Assembly: GCA_965249955.1 (NCBI GenBank)
Contig: OZ252261.1
Coordinates: forward strand, 1,823,971 to 1,887,970
DNA: 64,000 nt
Direction of reading: 5' to 3'
From: Bacteroidia bacterium
Lineage (GTDB): Bacteria > Bacteroidota > Bacteroidia > UBA8524
Of the stretch, positions 19,131 through 28,065 are shown in pieces; position 1 is the first letter of the stretch; every line of letters starts with the position of its first letter. The notes below the pieces were generated by a model that was not told the origin of the DNA, searched no databases, and worked only from the letters and a program-made list of their open reading frames with translations. A program made the position numbers and the translations under genes.

Positions 19131-19883
19131 ATGCAACTGGGGCTAATAGGTTTCCCTTTAGAGCACTCTCGTTCTCCTGAAATTTTTGCTCGTTTTTTTG
19201 ATGAAGATAGGGCGAAGGGGGCAAGCTATAAGCTTTATCCGCTTGAAGATATTACCACGTTGCGTAGTTGGCTTAAAAGTCTTCCCAATCTTGTTGGGTT
19301 CAACGTTACTATACCGCATAAAAAAAGCATTATCCCAATGCTTGATTGGGTAGCCGATGAAGCTATTGCAATAGGTGCTGTAAACACTGTGAAAGTGGTG
19401 CAACAAGAGGGGAAAACAAAGCTACACGGTTACAATACCGATTACTATGGCTTTGCCACCACTCTAAAGCAGTTTTTAGGCGATTACAAGCCACAAAGAG
19501 CTTTAGTGCTTGGTACGGGCGGCAGCGCAAATACTGTGGTGTATACACTAGCGAAAATGGGCATAGCGTATACAAAAGTATCGCGCAACAGCAGTGCTGA
19601 TGCACCAATGACGTACGATGATATTTCAGACCAAACAATAGCTCAAACTCAGCTTATAATTAATACTACCCCGTTGGGTATGTATCCTTCAATAAAATCG
19701 TTTCCCAAAATACCATACCAAGCACTAACGCCTCAGCATTACCTGTACGATTTGGTGTATAACCCCTTAGAAACCGTGTTTTTGCAAAATGGCAAAGGGT
19801 ATGGAGCAAATATTCAAACAGGTATAACCATGCTAGAGCTGCAAGCACGCAAGGCTTGGGAGATTTGGAAAGAGGAGGTTTAA
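19131..19883 (+). CDS. aroE: Shikimate 5-dehydrogenase.
   Basis: LGLIGFPLEHSRSPEIF N-terminus (shikimate-binding SxS motif). NVTIPHK. GAVNTV. LVLGTGGSA Rossmann motif. 250 aa. The start is 2 nt after the dedA stop. Confidence 0.85.
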   Translation: MQLGLIGFPLEHSRSPEIFARFFDEDRAKGASYKLYPLEDITTLRSWLKSLPNLVGFNVTIPHKKSIIPMLDWVADEAIAIGAVNTVKVVQQEGKTKLHGYNTDYYGFATTLKQFLGDYKPQRALVLGTGGSANTVVYTLAKMGIAYTKVSRNSSADAPMTYDDISDQTIAQTQLIINTTPLGMYPSIKSFPKIPYQALTPQHYLYDLVYNPLETVFLQNGKGYGANIQTGITMLELQARKAWEIWKEEV

Positions 19884-19884
19884 C

Positions 19885-20604
19885 CTAAATAATCTCAAAT
19901 TTTACTATTACCGTGTAGCTAATAGTAATTAAAGTGCCGCTGCTTTTTTCCTGCTTCATTTTGCCAATTAGTAAAGTCATAAAAACACTATCGGTTGTAA
20001 AATCATCAGCCTTTTGTGTAATAGATATAACCTTCCCCAGTTTGTCGCCATTAATCTCAACCATAGGCGTAGCATGGTCTTTTGCTTTTTGTACCGCTTT
20101 TAATGAAAGAAGATTTTTGTAGTGGTCGGTCTTGCTATTGTTAAAAGAAGTTAGCTTAATCCGTTCAGCACCTAAAGAGTCTAAGCCGCTCATAATGGGC
20201 GCTATGCGAGAAATTTTCTTAAGATTTAAGGTAAAGCGTTTAAAATCGTTCTTCTCAAAATACACCCCGTCATAGCTTTGATTTTCAAGACCTGATATAA
20301 AAGTAACAAGATGGTTATCAGCTATGCCGTATTGGGCAAGAAAAGCACGTATTTCTTTTTCCTGTTGCTCAATGGTTTTCTTTTTAAGCTCAACCTTCAA
20401 AAAATCAGTTGTTCCTTTTTCTGCTGCCGTCGCTATCTCTTCCTCATTATATCCTTTAGAAGTTGTAAGATAAAATTCAAAAGTAAACTCATCCGCTTCA
20501 ACCTCCATTTTTTCGGTAGCCACTACTTCAATAAAACGTTGTTGTGCAAAGGATACAAGGGGCATTGTCAAACCCAAAAAAAGAATCAGCAGTAGTTTTT
20601 TCAT
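19885..20604 (-). CDS. SIMPL (DUF541) family periplasmic protein, paralog 1.
   Basis: Signal peptide MKKLLLILFLGLTMPLVSFAQQ followed by RFIEVVATEKMEVEADEFTFEF, the SIMPL N-terminal pattern (I.V.G.G...PD.a.....V). 239 aa. Confidence 0.65.
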   Translation of the reverse strand: MKKLLLILFLGLTMPLVSFAQQRFIEVVATEKMEVEADEFTFEFYLTTSKGYNEEEIATAAEKGTTDFLKVELKKKTIEQQEKEIRAFLAQYGIADNHLVTFISGLENQSYDGVYFEKNDFKRFTLNLKKISRIAPIMSGLDSLGAERIKLTSFNNSKTDHYKNLLSLKAVQKAKDHATPMVEINGDKLGKVISITQKADDFTTDSVFMTLLIGKMKQEKSSGTLITISYTVIVKFEII

Positions 20605-20607
20605 AAT
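20524..20607 (-). repeat. 84-bp segment identical, apart from one mismatch, to 21211-21294. It encodes the shared signal peptide and first mature residues of the two SIMPL paralogs.
   Basis: Direct comparison of the two segments: tacttcaataaaacgttgttgtgcaaaggatacaaggggcatt[g/a]tcaaacccaaaaaaagaatcagcagtagttttttcataat. Confidence 0.85.
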
Positions 20608-20622
20608 ACTTGGTTTTACTCG

Positions 20623-21291
20623 TTATTGAATTGCAAAGCGTACTATAGCTGAGTACTCAACGGTTATCATATAGTCATTAGATTTTTTTTCTCTAAACAT
20701 TTTTGACAACACAGCTTTTTGAGCATTCGCTACCATCTCCATATAATCAGAGTTGCTATTTATCTTTTCTTGTATAGAAAGTACTTTGCCAATTTTTTCA
20801 CCATAAGTACTTAACAGGTTCATGGCTTTTTTCTTAGCATTTTCTAACGCTTCTTTTTGTGCTTTGTTTTTTAATTCCTCAAGTTGTTTGCTAGAAGAGG
20901 AACTAATTTCTACTGAACTTCCTTGTAGAAGATTCAAGAACGTCATTACATCAGGGATAATCTTGGGGTTATAAAGCATAATAAGATACCTTCTTGTTTT
21001 ACCTTTACTTCCCATCATATATGTCGAGGGCTCGTCTTCTCCTAAAAAAGTAACTAATAGAGGGTCTACTCCTTTATCAGAAAGAAATTTTTTTGTACTG
21101 TCTTCAAGTTCATCAAGCGTTTTGACATTTATCCCATCACTGCTGCTTTCAGTAAGGGTTAAACTTAGGGTTAAGTCATCAGGTACTACCTCTATGGAAG
21201 CCTCTCCCTGTACTTCAATAAAACGTTGTTGTGCAAAGGATACAAGGGGCATTATCAAACCCAAAAAAAGAATCAGCAGTAGTTTTTTCAT
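20623..21291 (-). CDS. SIMPL (DUF541) family periplasmic protein, paralog 2.
   Basis: Same signal peptide, then RFIEVQGEASIEVVPDDLTLSLTLTE (SIMPL motif). 222 aa. Identity to paralog 1 is low outside the N-terminus. Confidence 0.65.
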   Translation of the reverse strand: MKKLLLILFLGLIMPLVSFAQQRFIEVQGEASIEVVPDDLTLSLTLTESSSDGINVKTLDELEDSTKKFLSDKGVDPLLVTFLGEDEPSTYMMGSKGKTRRYLIMLYNPKIIPDVMTFLNLLQGSSVEISSSSSKQLEELKNKAQKEALENAKKKAMNLLSTYGEKIGKVLSIQEKINSNSDYMEMVANAQKAVLSKMFREKKSNDYMITVEYSAIVRFAIQ

Positions 21292-21294
21292 AAT
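21211..21294 (-). repeat. Second copy of the 84-bp SIMPL 5'-end repeat.
   Basis: See 20524-20607. Confidence 0.85.
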
Positions 21295-21297
21295 TAG

Positions 21298-22335
21298 TTA
21301 ATCTTCTTTGTGTTTCAACTCGCGTTGTTTCTGTACAAACTCATCGTGATAAATACGCAATAGCAAAATAAACAGCGATACTAGCAAAGGGCCAAAAACC
21401 AAACCTATAAAACCAAACAGGTTTATACCAATTATTACCCCAAACATAGTAATAAGCGGGTGTACATCAGCCATGCGTTTTTGTAGCACAAGCCTAAAAA
21501 CATTATCAATATTTATTATTACCCCCACACCAAAGGCAAAAAGGGTAATACCTTGCCACTCTTGCCCATTAAAATAAAGGTATAAAGCAAGCGGAAACCA
21601 CACAGCAGTACTACCAATTACAGGCAGCATTGATGCAAAAGCCGTTACCGAACCCCACAATAAAGGGTCGGGCACACCTAGCACCCAATAGGCAATAAAG
21701 GCAAAAATAGCCTGTATAATGGCCAACAAGGGTATACCAATAGCGTTTGACAGCACCATGCTATTAATTTCTTTACCTATCTTTTTTACGTTTTCATCGC
21801 GTAGCGGCACATACTCATACAACCAGCGCTCCATTTCGCGTCCACTGGTAAGCATAAAATACAGCACAAAATACAGCAAGGCCACTATTAACATAGTGTC
21901 CATAGTGGCCAATAAAATATTAGGCACTATGTTTCCTATCATTTCAGGCAAGCGCTCAAGGTTTTTGTCGCTCATCAAATCAATGTCAAGTTTTGTATTT
22001 AAGGTGGTAACAAAGTCTTGCACCTTGCCTAACCATTGGTCAGGATTTTCAAGTAAAACGCTTAATTTGTTATACAACTGCTTTAGCAATAATGAGGTGG
22101 GCAGTAGTATAATAATAAACGAAAGCAGCATTATAGTAAGTGCCGCAATGGTTTTCTTCCATTTCTTTTTTAGGGTGAGATAAAACATAAACTCCCTAAA
22201 AAGCACATAAAAAGTAACAGCTCCCAACAAGGCCGAAAGAAAAGGGTATACCTCTAACGAGATGATAAACCCAAGGCCACCAATGAGAAGAAGAAAAAAT
22301 ATTTGTCGCAAGCGGTTGCTATCAAGGTTGGCCAT
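21298..22335 (-). CDS. AI-2E family transporter (PerM/YdiK/TqsA-like, UPF0118).
   Basis: ~345-aa polytopic membrane protein starting MANLDSNRLRQIFFLLLIGGL. Family-typical C-terminal region (LGVPDPLLWGSVTAFASMLPVIGSTAVWFPLAL...LVFGPLLVSLFILLL). The in-frame upstream extension to 22659 has no stop, but it is not conserved-looking. Confidence 0.7.
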   Translation of the reverse strand: MANLDSNRLRQIFFLLLIGGLGFIISLEVYPFLSALLGAVTFYVLFREFMFYLTLKKKWKKTIAALTIMLLSFIIILLPTSLLLKQLYNKLSVLLENPDQWLGKVQDFVTTLNTKLDIDLMSDKNLERLPEMIGNIVPNILLATMDTMLIVALLYFVLYFMLTSGREMERWLYEYVPLRDENVKKIGKEINSMVLSNAIGIPLLAIIQAIFAFIAYWVLGVPDPLLWGSVTAFASMLPVIGSTAVWFPLALYLYFNGQEWQGITLFAFGVGVIINIDNVFRLVLQKRMADVHPLITMFGVIIGINLFGFIGLVFGPLLVSLFILLLRIYHDEFVQKQRELKHKED

Positions 22336-22477
22336 AGTGGTAATAGTTGCCGTAAATAAGGATATGAAGTAAATATAATAGAAAAAAGGAAGTTGCCGAT
22401 ATAAATTAGTACTAATTTTGATTTGAATTGATTGCCGTGTCCGTATAAAAAGCACGGGCAAAAACGTAACATATTTT

Positions 22478-22846
22478 ATGGAAGATAATTTTAAAGAATT
22501 TTTTGGGGAGACCAAAACCCTGCTAAAAAAGTATACCGATAAGCGACTTGAGTTGGTAAAACTACAAGCAACACTTAAAACCTCGCAGGCATTGGGGCTG
22601 TTTTTTTCGCTGTTTATAGTGTTTTTTATACTGTTGTTTGCCATAGTGTTTGCAGGCATGTGGTTTTCGTTTTGGTTGGCCGAGAAAACAGGCAGTTACT
22701 CCACAGGTTTTGGCATTAGTACAGGTATTTTGGTGTTGCTTTTTGTGCTAGCACTATTGCTGCGCAAAAAGTTGATACAAACACCCGTAGCCAATTTGGT
22801 AGCCAGTGAAATAGCCAACGATGATGATGAAGAGTTTGAAGACTAA
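22478..22846 (+). CDS. Small 2-TM protein resembling the phage-holin-like 'Holin-X' superfamily. Uncertain.
   Basis: 122 aa. Charged N-terminus, two adjacent TM helices (LGLFFSLFIVFFILLFAIVFAGMWF / ILVLLFVLALLL), and an acidic C-terminal tail DDDEEFED. Confidence 0.4.
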   Translation: MEDNFKEFFGETKTLLKKYTDKRLELVKLQATLKTSQALGLFFSLFIVFFILLFAIVFAGMWFSFWLAEKTGSYSTGFGISTGILVLLFVLALLLRKKLIQTPVANLVASEIANDDDEEFED

Positions 22847-22858
22847 ACAATAGAAACT

Positions 22859-23248
22859 ATGGCAACACGAATAAAAAATATACGACACCTGCAACAGCGC
22901 ATTAACAAAGCAAAAACAGAATGCCGAGATATGGAAAACGAACTGGATAAACGGCTAGAGTACTTGCAAGATAATTATATGGGTATGGCTGCTAACAGCG
23001 CGCTATATGGGCTAATGAAATCGCCCAAAAACTTTACAGTGCTAAAAGATATTTTTACAGGTGTTTGGAAAGCTGAAAGTATAAAAGAGTTTTTTAAGAA
23101 AACAGCTTTGCGTTTTTTGCACGCCATTGCAGTGAAGCTGGGTTTTAAAATTGTACGCGATTTTGCCGAAGGTAAAATGAACCATAAAGAAGACGAAGAA
23201 ACCACTGTGGCAGAAGAGCCAAAAGAAAATCAAAACAAAGAAGAATAA
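22859..23248 (+). CDS. Hypothetical coiled-coil protein (129 aa), co-oriented 12 nt after the 2-TM protein.
   Basis: ORF. The N-terminal helical/charged segment (RIKNIRHLQQRINKAKTECRDMENELDKRLEYLQD) is predicted coiled coil. Lys/Glu-rich C-terminus. Confidence 0.4.
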   Translation: MATRIKNIRHLQQRINKAKTECRDMENELDKRLEYLQDNYMGMAANSALYGLMKSPKNFTVLKDIFTGVWKAESIKEFFKKTALRFLHAIAVKLGFKIVRDFAEGKMNHKEDEETTVAEEPKENQNKEE

Positions 23249-23257
23249 GACTGATAT

Positions 23258-23602
23258 ATGAACCCAGTAGACGAGTTTAACAGCTACCGCGAACGCATGA
23301 ACGAAAAGATTTTGGATGCGGATAACTTAGTGCTAAAACGACTTTTTAACCTTGATACACAAACCTACAAAGAAGGTGCTTTGCCAACCGCCACCAAAGA
23401 AATGCTGGGTTTGGTAGCCAGTATGGTATTGCGTTGCGATGATTGTGTAAAATACCACTTGGGCAAATGCTACGATGAAGGTATAAGCACCGCACAGATG
23501 TACGAGATATTTGCTGTTGCCAATATAGTAGGCGGTACTATTGTTATACCCCACACCCGCCGTGCAGCCGAGTATTGGGAAGAATTGCAAAAAACGAACT
23601 GA
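23258..23602 (+). CDS. Carboxymuconolactone decarboxylase / AhpD-like family protein.
   Basis: CDDCVKYH matches the AhpD-core CxxCxxxH motif. 114 aa, helical. Confidence 0.7.
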   Translation: MNPVDEFNSYRERMNEKILDADNLVLKRLFNLDTQTYKEGALPTATKEMLGLVASMVLRCDDCVKYHLGKCYDEGISTAQMYEIFAVANIVGGTIVIPHTRRAAEYWEELQKTN

Positions 23603-23693
23603 TTTTAGCCATAAAGCTGGCTCGAGCATCCGCTCGTGCCAAAAATAATAGAGCGTCCGCTCGGCAATGTCTCGTTGATGTTTTTATTTACCC

Positions 23694-24317
23694 TCAACTC
23701 AACGTATAAAACTCTACTTTTTCAGTATTGTGAGAGCGGATAATGCCCGCCGAAATAAGGTTGACCAAAATTTTACTGGCGCGCCACCGCGAAATATTTA
23801 TCATTTTGCAATATTGCTTTAAAGTAATGCGCTCGTTTTTGGCAAGGTAATCTAGCAAGGCCTGTTCTTTACTGGTTATTTGTATTAGATTATCTTTTTG
23901 GGCGGTTTCTTTTTTAAGCACATCAACCACTACTTTGCTAGCCAACAGGCTTTTATCTTTTACACGTATATACACCCACCATTTACCATCCTCGCCTTTG
24001 GCGGCATAGGGCTTGTCTTTCCCTTCAGGAATAATGGCCTCCAGTATAATTTTTCCCTCCAGCTCATGTTCCAGTATTACCAACTCAATAGTAGGCTTGC
24101 AATAAAAATCGGCAGCAAGACCAAGCATGTATTTCTCATCCTCAGTACGTATGCCGGCAATACTTTTATTATCGCGTACACCCACCAAAAGTCGCCCGCC
24201 TTTTCGGTTGGCAAACGATACCATTGTTTTAGCAATCTTTGCTGCACTGCTAATTTCTTGCTTAAAATCCAGCTCCTCATTTTCCCCTTTCTGTATCAAA
24301 TACCGCAAGTCCTTCAT
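23694..24317 (-). CDS. AlbA_2 (Schlafen-like) putative DNA-binding domain protein with a C-terminal wHTH. The RecG-C-terminal-like regulator family.
   Basis: ENEELDFKQEIS...FANRKGGRLLVGVRDNKSIAGI is typical of the AlbA_2 / 'divergent AAA' N-terminal domain. C-terminal ITLKQYCKMINISRWRASKILVNLISAGIIR is a winged HTH. Confidence 0.55.
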   Translation of the reverse strand: MKDLRYLIQKGENEELDFKQEISSAAKIAKTMVSFANRKGGRLLVGVRDNKSIAGIRTEDEKYMLGLAADFYCKPTIELVILEHELEGKIILEAIIPEGKDKPYAAKGEDGKWWVYIRVKDKSLLASKVVVDVLKKETAQKDNLIQITSKEQALLDYLAKNERITLKQYCKMINISRWRASKILVNLISAGIIRSHNTEKVEFYTLS

Positions 24318-24441
24318 GGTAATTTCAATAATAACAAATCAAAAGCAGTATTGCTTGGTTAATGTATTGTGTTGGTACAATTAAAACAGCTTTGTTACCT
24401 TCGCGACAAATTAAAAATAATACACAAGAAAAAATATACAC

Positions 24442-25905
24442 ATGGCTAAATACAAAATCTCTGTTGCAAAGGGCGATGGCATCGGTCCCGAAATTATGGA
24501 TGCTGTTCTTTCTATCTTCTCTGCTGTCAATGTTGACATCGAATACGAGTATGTAGAAATGGGCAAAGATGTTTTTTTGGCAGGTCATAGCACAGGCATG
24601 ACTCCCGAAGCTCAAAAAAGTATCGAAGGCAACGGTATATTGTTTAAAGGCCCTATGGAAACACCAAAAGGCAAGGGCATGAAAAGCATAAACGTAACTG
24701 CACGTAAAGTGTGGAGCACGTTTGCCAACAAACGCCGTTTCCGTACATTAAATGGGGTAGATACCGTATACTCAAAAGCAGGTATACCTATTGATATTAC
24801 TATTGTTCGTGAGAACATAGAAGATACTTATGGTGGAATTGAACACCTAAACACTCACGATGTAGCCCTATGCCGTCGTTTCATCACTCGCCCCGGTAGC
24901 GAACAAGTACACCGCTTTGCTTTTGATTTGGCACGCCGAAGTGGCAAAAAAAATGTGATATGCGGACACAAAGCCAATATTATGAAACTTACCGACGGTA
25001 TGTTTTTAGAGGCATTTTACAATGTAGCTAAAGACTATCCTGAAATTACGGCTGGTGATCGTATTATTGATGATTTGTGTATGAAATTGGTAGTACGCCC
25101 CAACGAATACGAAATAATCGTACTGCCCAACTTGCAAGGTGATATAGTATCAGACTTGTGCGCGGGCTTAGTAGGCGGTTTAGGTTTTGCTCCATCGGCT
25201 AATATAGGTGAGCGTATTTCGATTTTTGAAGCCGTACATGGCACCGCGCCCGATATTGCAGGTAAAAACATTGCCAACCCTACGTCGCTATTGCTTAGTG
25301 GTTTAATAATGCTGCGTCACTTAGGCTTTAACAAAGAAGCCGACAAAATAGAAAACAGCTTGCTGTATATACTTGAAAATGGTGTGCACACAGGCGATTT
25401 TGGCGATAGAGTAATCCCTGCAAAAAACACTACTGAGTTTGCGCAAGAAGTTATTGATAACTTGGGTAAAACACCTCAAAAGTCTAAGCCTGCAACCTCT
25501 CCTGATATTGAATATACTTGGAAAAAACCTGCTTTCCCACAAAAGCAACCTATGATGGTTACCCCCAAAAAAGGAGAAGCAAAACTTATAGGGGCAGATT
25601 TTTTTGTTGAAAGCGAACAACTTGCGGACGAAATAGCTCCCAAAATACAAGCAGTTTTGCCAGAAGGATTTGAACTGATAATGATAAGTAACCGAGGCAC
25701 ACAAGTATGGCCTACAGGCTCAATACTTACTGAGTGTATAGACCATTACCGTGTGCGCGTGGCCACAAAAAACGAAGTAGCTACAGATATGAAAGAGATT
25801 TTTGATGTATCTTCTCGTATTGGCGAACATTTCTATATCTCATCGGTAGAAATGCTGCGCAACTACGGCGAGTTGCAAGGATATAGCTTGGCACAAGGCC
25901 AGTAA
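24442..25905 (+). CDS. Isocitrate/isopropylmalate dehydrogenase family enzyme, probably isocitrate dehydrogenase, with a ~140-aa C-terminal extension.
   Basis: KISVAKGDGIGPEIM N-terminal dinucleotide/substrate motif. Catalytic core to ~aa 340 (NLQGDIVSDLCAGLVGGLGFAPSANIG). The extra C-terminal domain is not seen in ~340-aa IDH3/LeuB enzymes. Confidence 0.75.
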   Translation: MAKYKISVAKGDGIGPEIMDAVLSIFSAVNVDIEYEYVEMGKDVFLAGHSTGMTPEAQKSIEGNGILFKGPMETPKGKGMKSINVTARKVWSTFANKRRFRTLNGVDTVYSKAGIPIDITIVRENIEDTYGGIEHLNTHDVALCRRFITRPGSEQVHRFAFDLARRSGKKNVICGHKANIMKLTDGMFLEAFYNVAKDYPEITAGDRIIDDLCMKLVVRPNEYEIIVLPNLQGDIVSDLCAGLVGGLGFAPSANIGERISIFEAVHGTAPDIAGKNIANPTSLLLSGLIMLRHLGFNKEADKIENSLLYILENGVHTGDFGDRVIPAKNTTEFAQEVIDNLGKTPQKSKPATSPDIEYTWKKPAFPQKQPMMVTPKKGEAKLIGADFFVESEQLADEIAPKIQAVLPEGFELIMISNRGTQVWPTGSILTECIDHYRVRVATKNEVATDMKEIFDVSSRIGEHFYISSVEMLRNYGELQGYSLAQGQ

Positions 25906-25934
25906 TTATCTATAAAAAGAATATAATTTTGTTT

Positions 25935-25969
25935 GAAGCACGCGCCTACGGCGCGCGCTTCTTTTTTTA
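25935..25969 (+). terminator. GC-rich rho-independent terminator after the IDH-like gene.
   Basis: GAAGCACGCGCC-tacg-GCGCGCGCTTC followed by TTTTTTTT. Confidence 0.65.
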
Positions 25970-25978
25970 GAGAAATAT

Positions 25979-26884
25979 CTACCTAAACTTAAACAAGCGT
26001 TTGTGCTGTTTCCAGTTAGCTCCCAAACCAAACCCCAGCGTAGTAAAAAACGAGAATAGGGCGTATATGGCAGCAGGAATAGCAAAAGCAGGGTTATTTA
26101 GCATTAAAGGGCCTGTGGCTACCGCTATGGCTAAACCTGTGTTTTGCAAACCCACTTCTATGGCTATGGTAGTTTGGCTTTTTATACCCAATCTAAAATA
26201 CTTGGCCACATAAAAACTCATAAACATACTGCCAAAGTTTAGCAATAGTAAAAGAGGCAATACCATCCAATAATCGCCAATGGGTATATCAAGCTGCTCG
26301 TTATTTTCTAGAAAAATAGCCCCTATCATAGCTATTGCCAGCAGGGAAGTCATAATGTATTTTAAGGGGTTGCGCACCTTCTCTGCAAACTGTGGGGCTT
26401 TTGAACGGATAACCACGCCCAAAACCGCTGGTATAACTGTTATAAACAATATTTGAAGCAAGGTTTCTAAAAACGGCAACTCAATGTCGGTTCCGCTATT
26501 CATAAAAAAATAGAGACCAATATTTACGTAAAAGGGGATGGTAAACTGCGTAAGAAAACTATTTGCTGTGGTGATAGATACCGAAAGTGCTAAATTTCCG
26601 TTAAGTAAGTAATTCACCAAGTTTGATGTAGCACCGCCGGGGCAGGCGGCCAAAAGTATAATACCTATTTTTAGTTCAGGACTAAGACCGGGTATTAAAA
26701 GGGTAATTAAAAAAGCTAACAGAGGCAGAGCCACCATTTGTAAAACCAAGCCGACTAGCAAACCACGCGGACGTTTTACTACGTTCACAAAATCGTTGCG
26801 AGTAAGCGAAAGCCCTAAGCCCACCATTATAATCGCTAAAGTGGCGGGTAGTAAATAGGCCGAAAAAAAGTTGGTTTCGAGCAC
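25979..26884 (-). CDS. Bile acid:sodium symporter (BASS/SBF) family transporter.
   Basis: 301 aa with ~9 TM. Family-like segments (LGLSLTRNDFVNVVKRPRGLLVGLVLQMVALPLLAFL; CPGGATSNLVNYLLNGNLALSVS). Confidence 0.7.
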   Translation of the reverse strand: MLETNFFSAYLLPATLAIIMVGLGLSLTRNDFVNVVKRPRGLLVGLVLQMVALPLLAFLITLLIPGLSPELKIGIILLAACPGGATSNLVNYLLNGNLALSVSITTANSFLTQFTIPFYVNIGLYFFMNSGTDIELPFLETLLQILFITVIPAVLGVVIRSKAPQFAEKVRNPLKYIMTSLLAIAMIGAIFLENNEQLDIPIGDYWMVLPLLLLLNFGSMFMSFYVAKYFRLGIKSQTTIAIEVGLQNTGLAIAVATGPLMLNNPAFAIPAAIYALFSFFTTLGFGLGANWKQHKRLFKFR

Positions 26885-26993
26885 GGCACTGTATTGTGGT
26901 TAGCAAGTATACATTTATTAATGACAATGTTTACTAACAATGCTCACAATTTAATGAAAGCGGACTTATTTTTGTATAGATTAAGAGTATAGT

Positions 26994-27971
26994 ATGAAAA
27001 AAACGATTTTTATTAGCGTAGGAGCTTTATTAGCTACAACTTTTGTGGCACTACTTGCTTTTGACCAACCCAACCGTAAACAAGCCAAGCTAAACAAGCC
27101 CGATAGTATACACGCCCCAAAATTGCCTCAAAAACTGGCTTTTGCCAAAGAAGATGTGCCTATGGGTGATTTTGATGTACGCGAACGTTTTGATCGGGAG
27201 TTGATGATAAACACTTTTTGGCATTCGCAAACACTATACACCATTAAAAAAACACAGCGTTTTGTGCCTACAATAGAAGGTATACTAAAGAAAAACGGTG
27301 TACCCGATGATTTTAAATATTTAGCCATTGCCGAAAGTGGATTGGCCAACTTGGTTTCTCCCGCAAAAGCAGCAGGTTTTTGGCAATTTTTAGAAAGCAC
27401 AGGCAAACGCTACGGGCTGGAGATAAACGATGAGGTAGATGAACGCTACCACCTAGAAAAAGCCACCGAAGCAGCGGCAAAATACCTAAAAGACAGCAAA
27501 GAGAAATTGGGCAATTGGACACTAGCTGCGGCTGCCTACAATATGGGCGAAAACGGAGTGGCCGGCGCAATAGAAAAGCAAGGCGTAAGCAACTATTACG
27601 ATTTGTTACTAAACGCTGAAACATCGCGTTATATGTTTAGAATTTTGGCTATAAAAGAAATTTACAGTAATCCTTCACAATACGGTTTTATATTAGATAG
27701 TGCCGATTATTATCCAAGCATAGCTACTTATACTGTTGAGGTAGACTCAGCCATTGATAACCTAGCTCAATACGCGTTGGATAATGGCACAAACTATAAA
27801 GTGTTAAAACTGCTAAACCCATGGTTGCGCAAACCTTACCTTAAAAATAAGGCTAAAAAAACGTATACCATTACTTTACCTACCGATAAAAATATAAGCA
27901 TACCTGCCGATAGTGATATAAAACCGGCCATGCCCAAAGCAGGCGATGGTGGAGAAGAAAGTGTGGAGTAA
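26994..27971 (+). CDS. Lytic transglycosylase (SLT domain) protein with signal peptide.
   Basis: DDFKYLAIAESGL (catalytic Glu in the ES motif), AAGFWQF and AYNMGENGV are SLT-domain hallmarks. 325 aa. Confidence 0.7.
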   Translation: MKKTIFISVGALLATTFVALLAFDQPNRKQAKLNKPDSIHAPKLPQKLAFAKEDVPMGDFDVRERFDRELMINTFWHSQTLYTIKKTQRFVPTIEGILKKNGVPDDFKYLAIAESGLANLVSPAKAAGFWQFLESTGKRYGLEINDEVDERYHLEKATEAAAKYLKDSKEKLGNWTLAAAAYNMGENGVAGAIEKQGVSNYYDLLLNAETSRYMFRILAIKEIYSNPSQYGFILDSADYYPSIATYTVEVDSAIDNLAQYALDNGTNYKVLKLLNPWLRKPYLKNKAKKTYTITLPTDKNISIPADSDIKPAMPKAGDGGEESVE

Positions 27972-28051
27972 TTAAGCACACCCCGCTTCTGTTATTAACC
28001 GCCTGTTAACAAATGTTGGTCATAAGTATATTTACACAGGGCAAAAAAATG

Positions 28052-28059
28052 TAGGTTTG
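28052..28059 (+). promoter_or_regulatory. Bacteroidetes -7 element (TAggTTTG) 6 nt upstream of the lutA-like start codon.
   Basis: Exact TAnnTTTG. The context GCAAAAAAATGTAGGTTTGTAAACAATG resembles the purQ upstream element. Confidence 0.3.
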
Positions 28060-28065
28060 TAAACA

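Noticed and set aside
22336-22659. In-frame N-terminal extension of the AI-2E transporter, where the ORF-track start is 22659.
   Set aside because: The extension adds ~108 aa of low-complexity, unconserved-looking sequence. The family-typical N-terminus starts at MANLDS (22335). Absence of a stop is not evidence of translation.
23694-24317. AlbA_2/Schlafen-like protein considered as part of a defence island.
   Set aside because: It is a stand-alone gene. Its neighbours are AhpD-like and IDH-like housekeeping genes, with no nuclease, ATPase or methylase partners. It is most consistent with the common stand-alone AlbA_2-wHTH regulator family.
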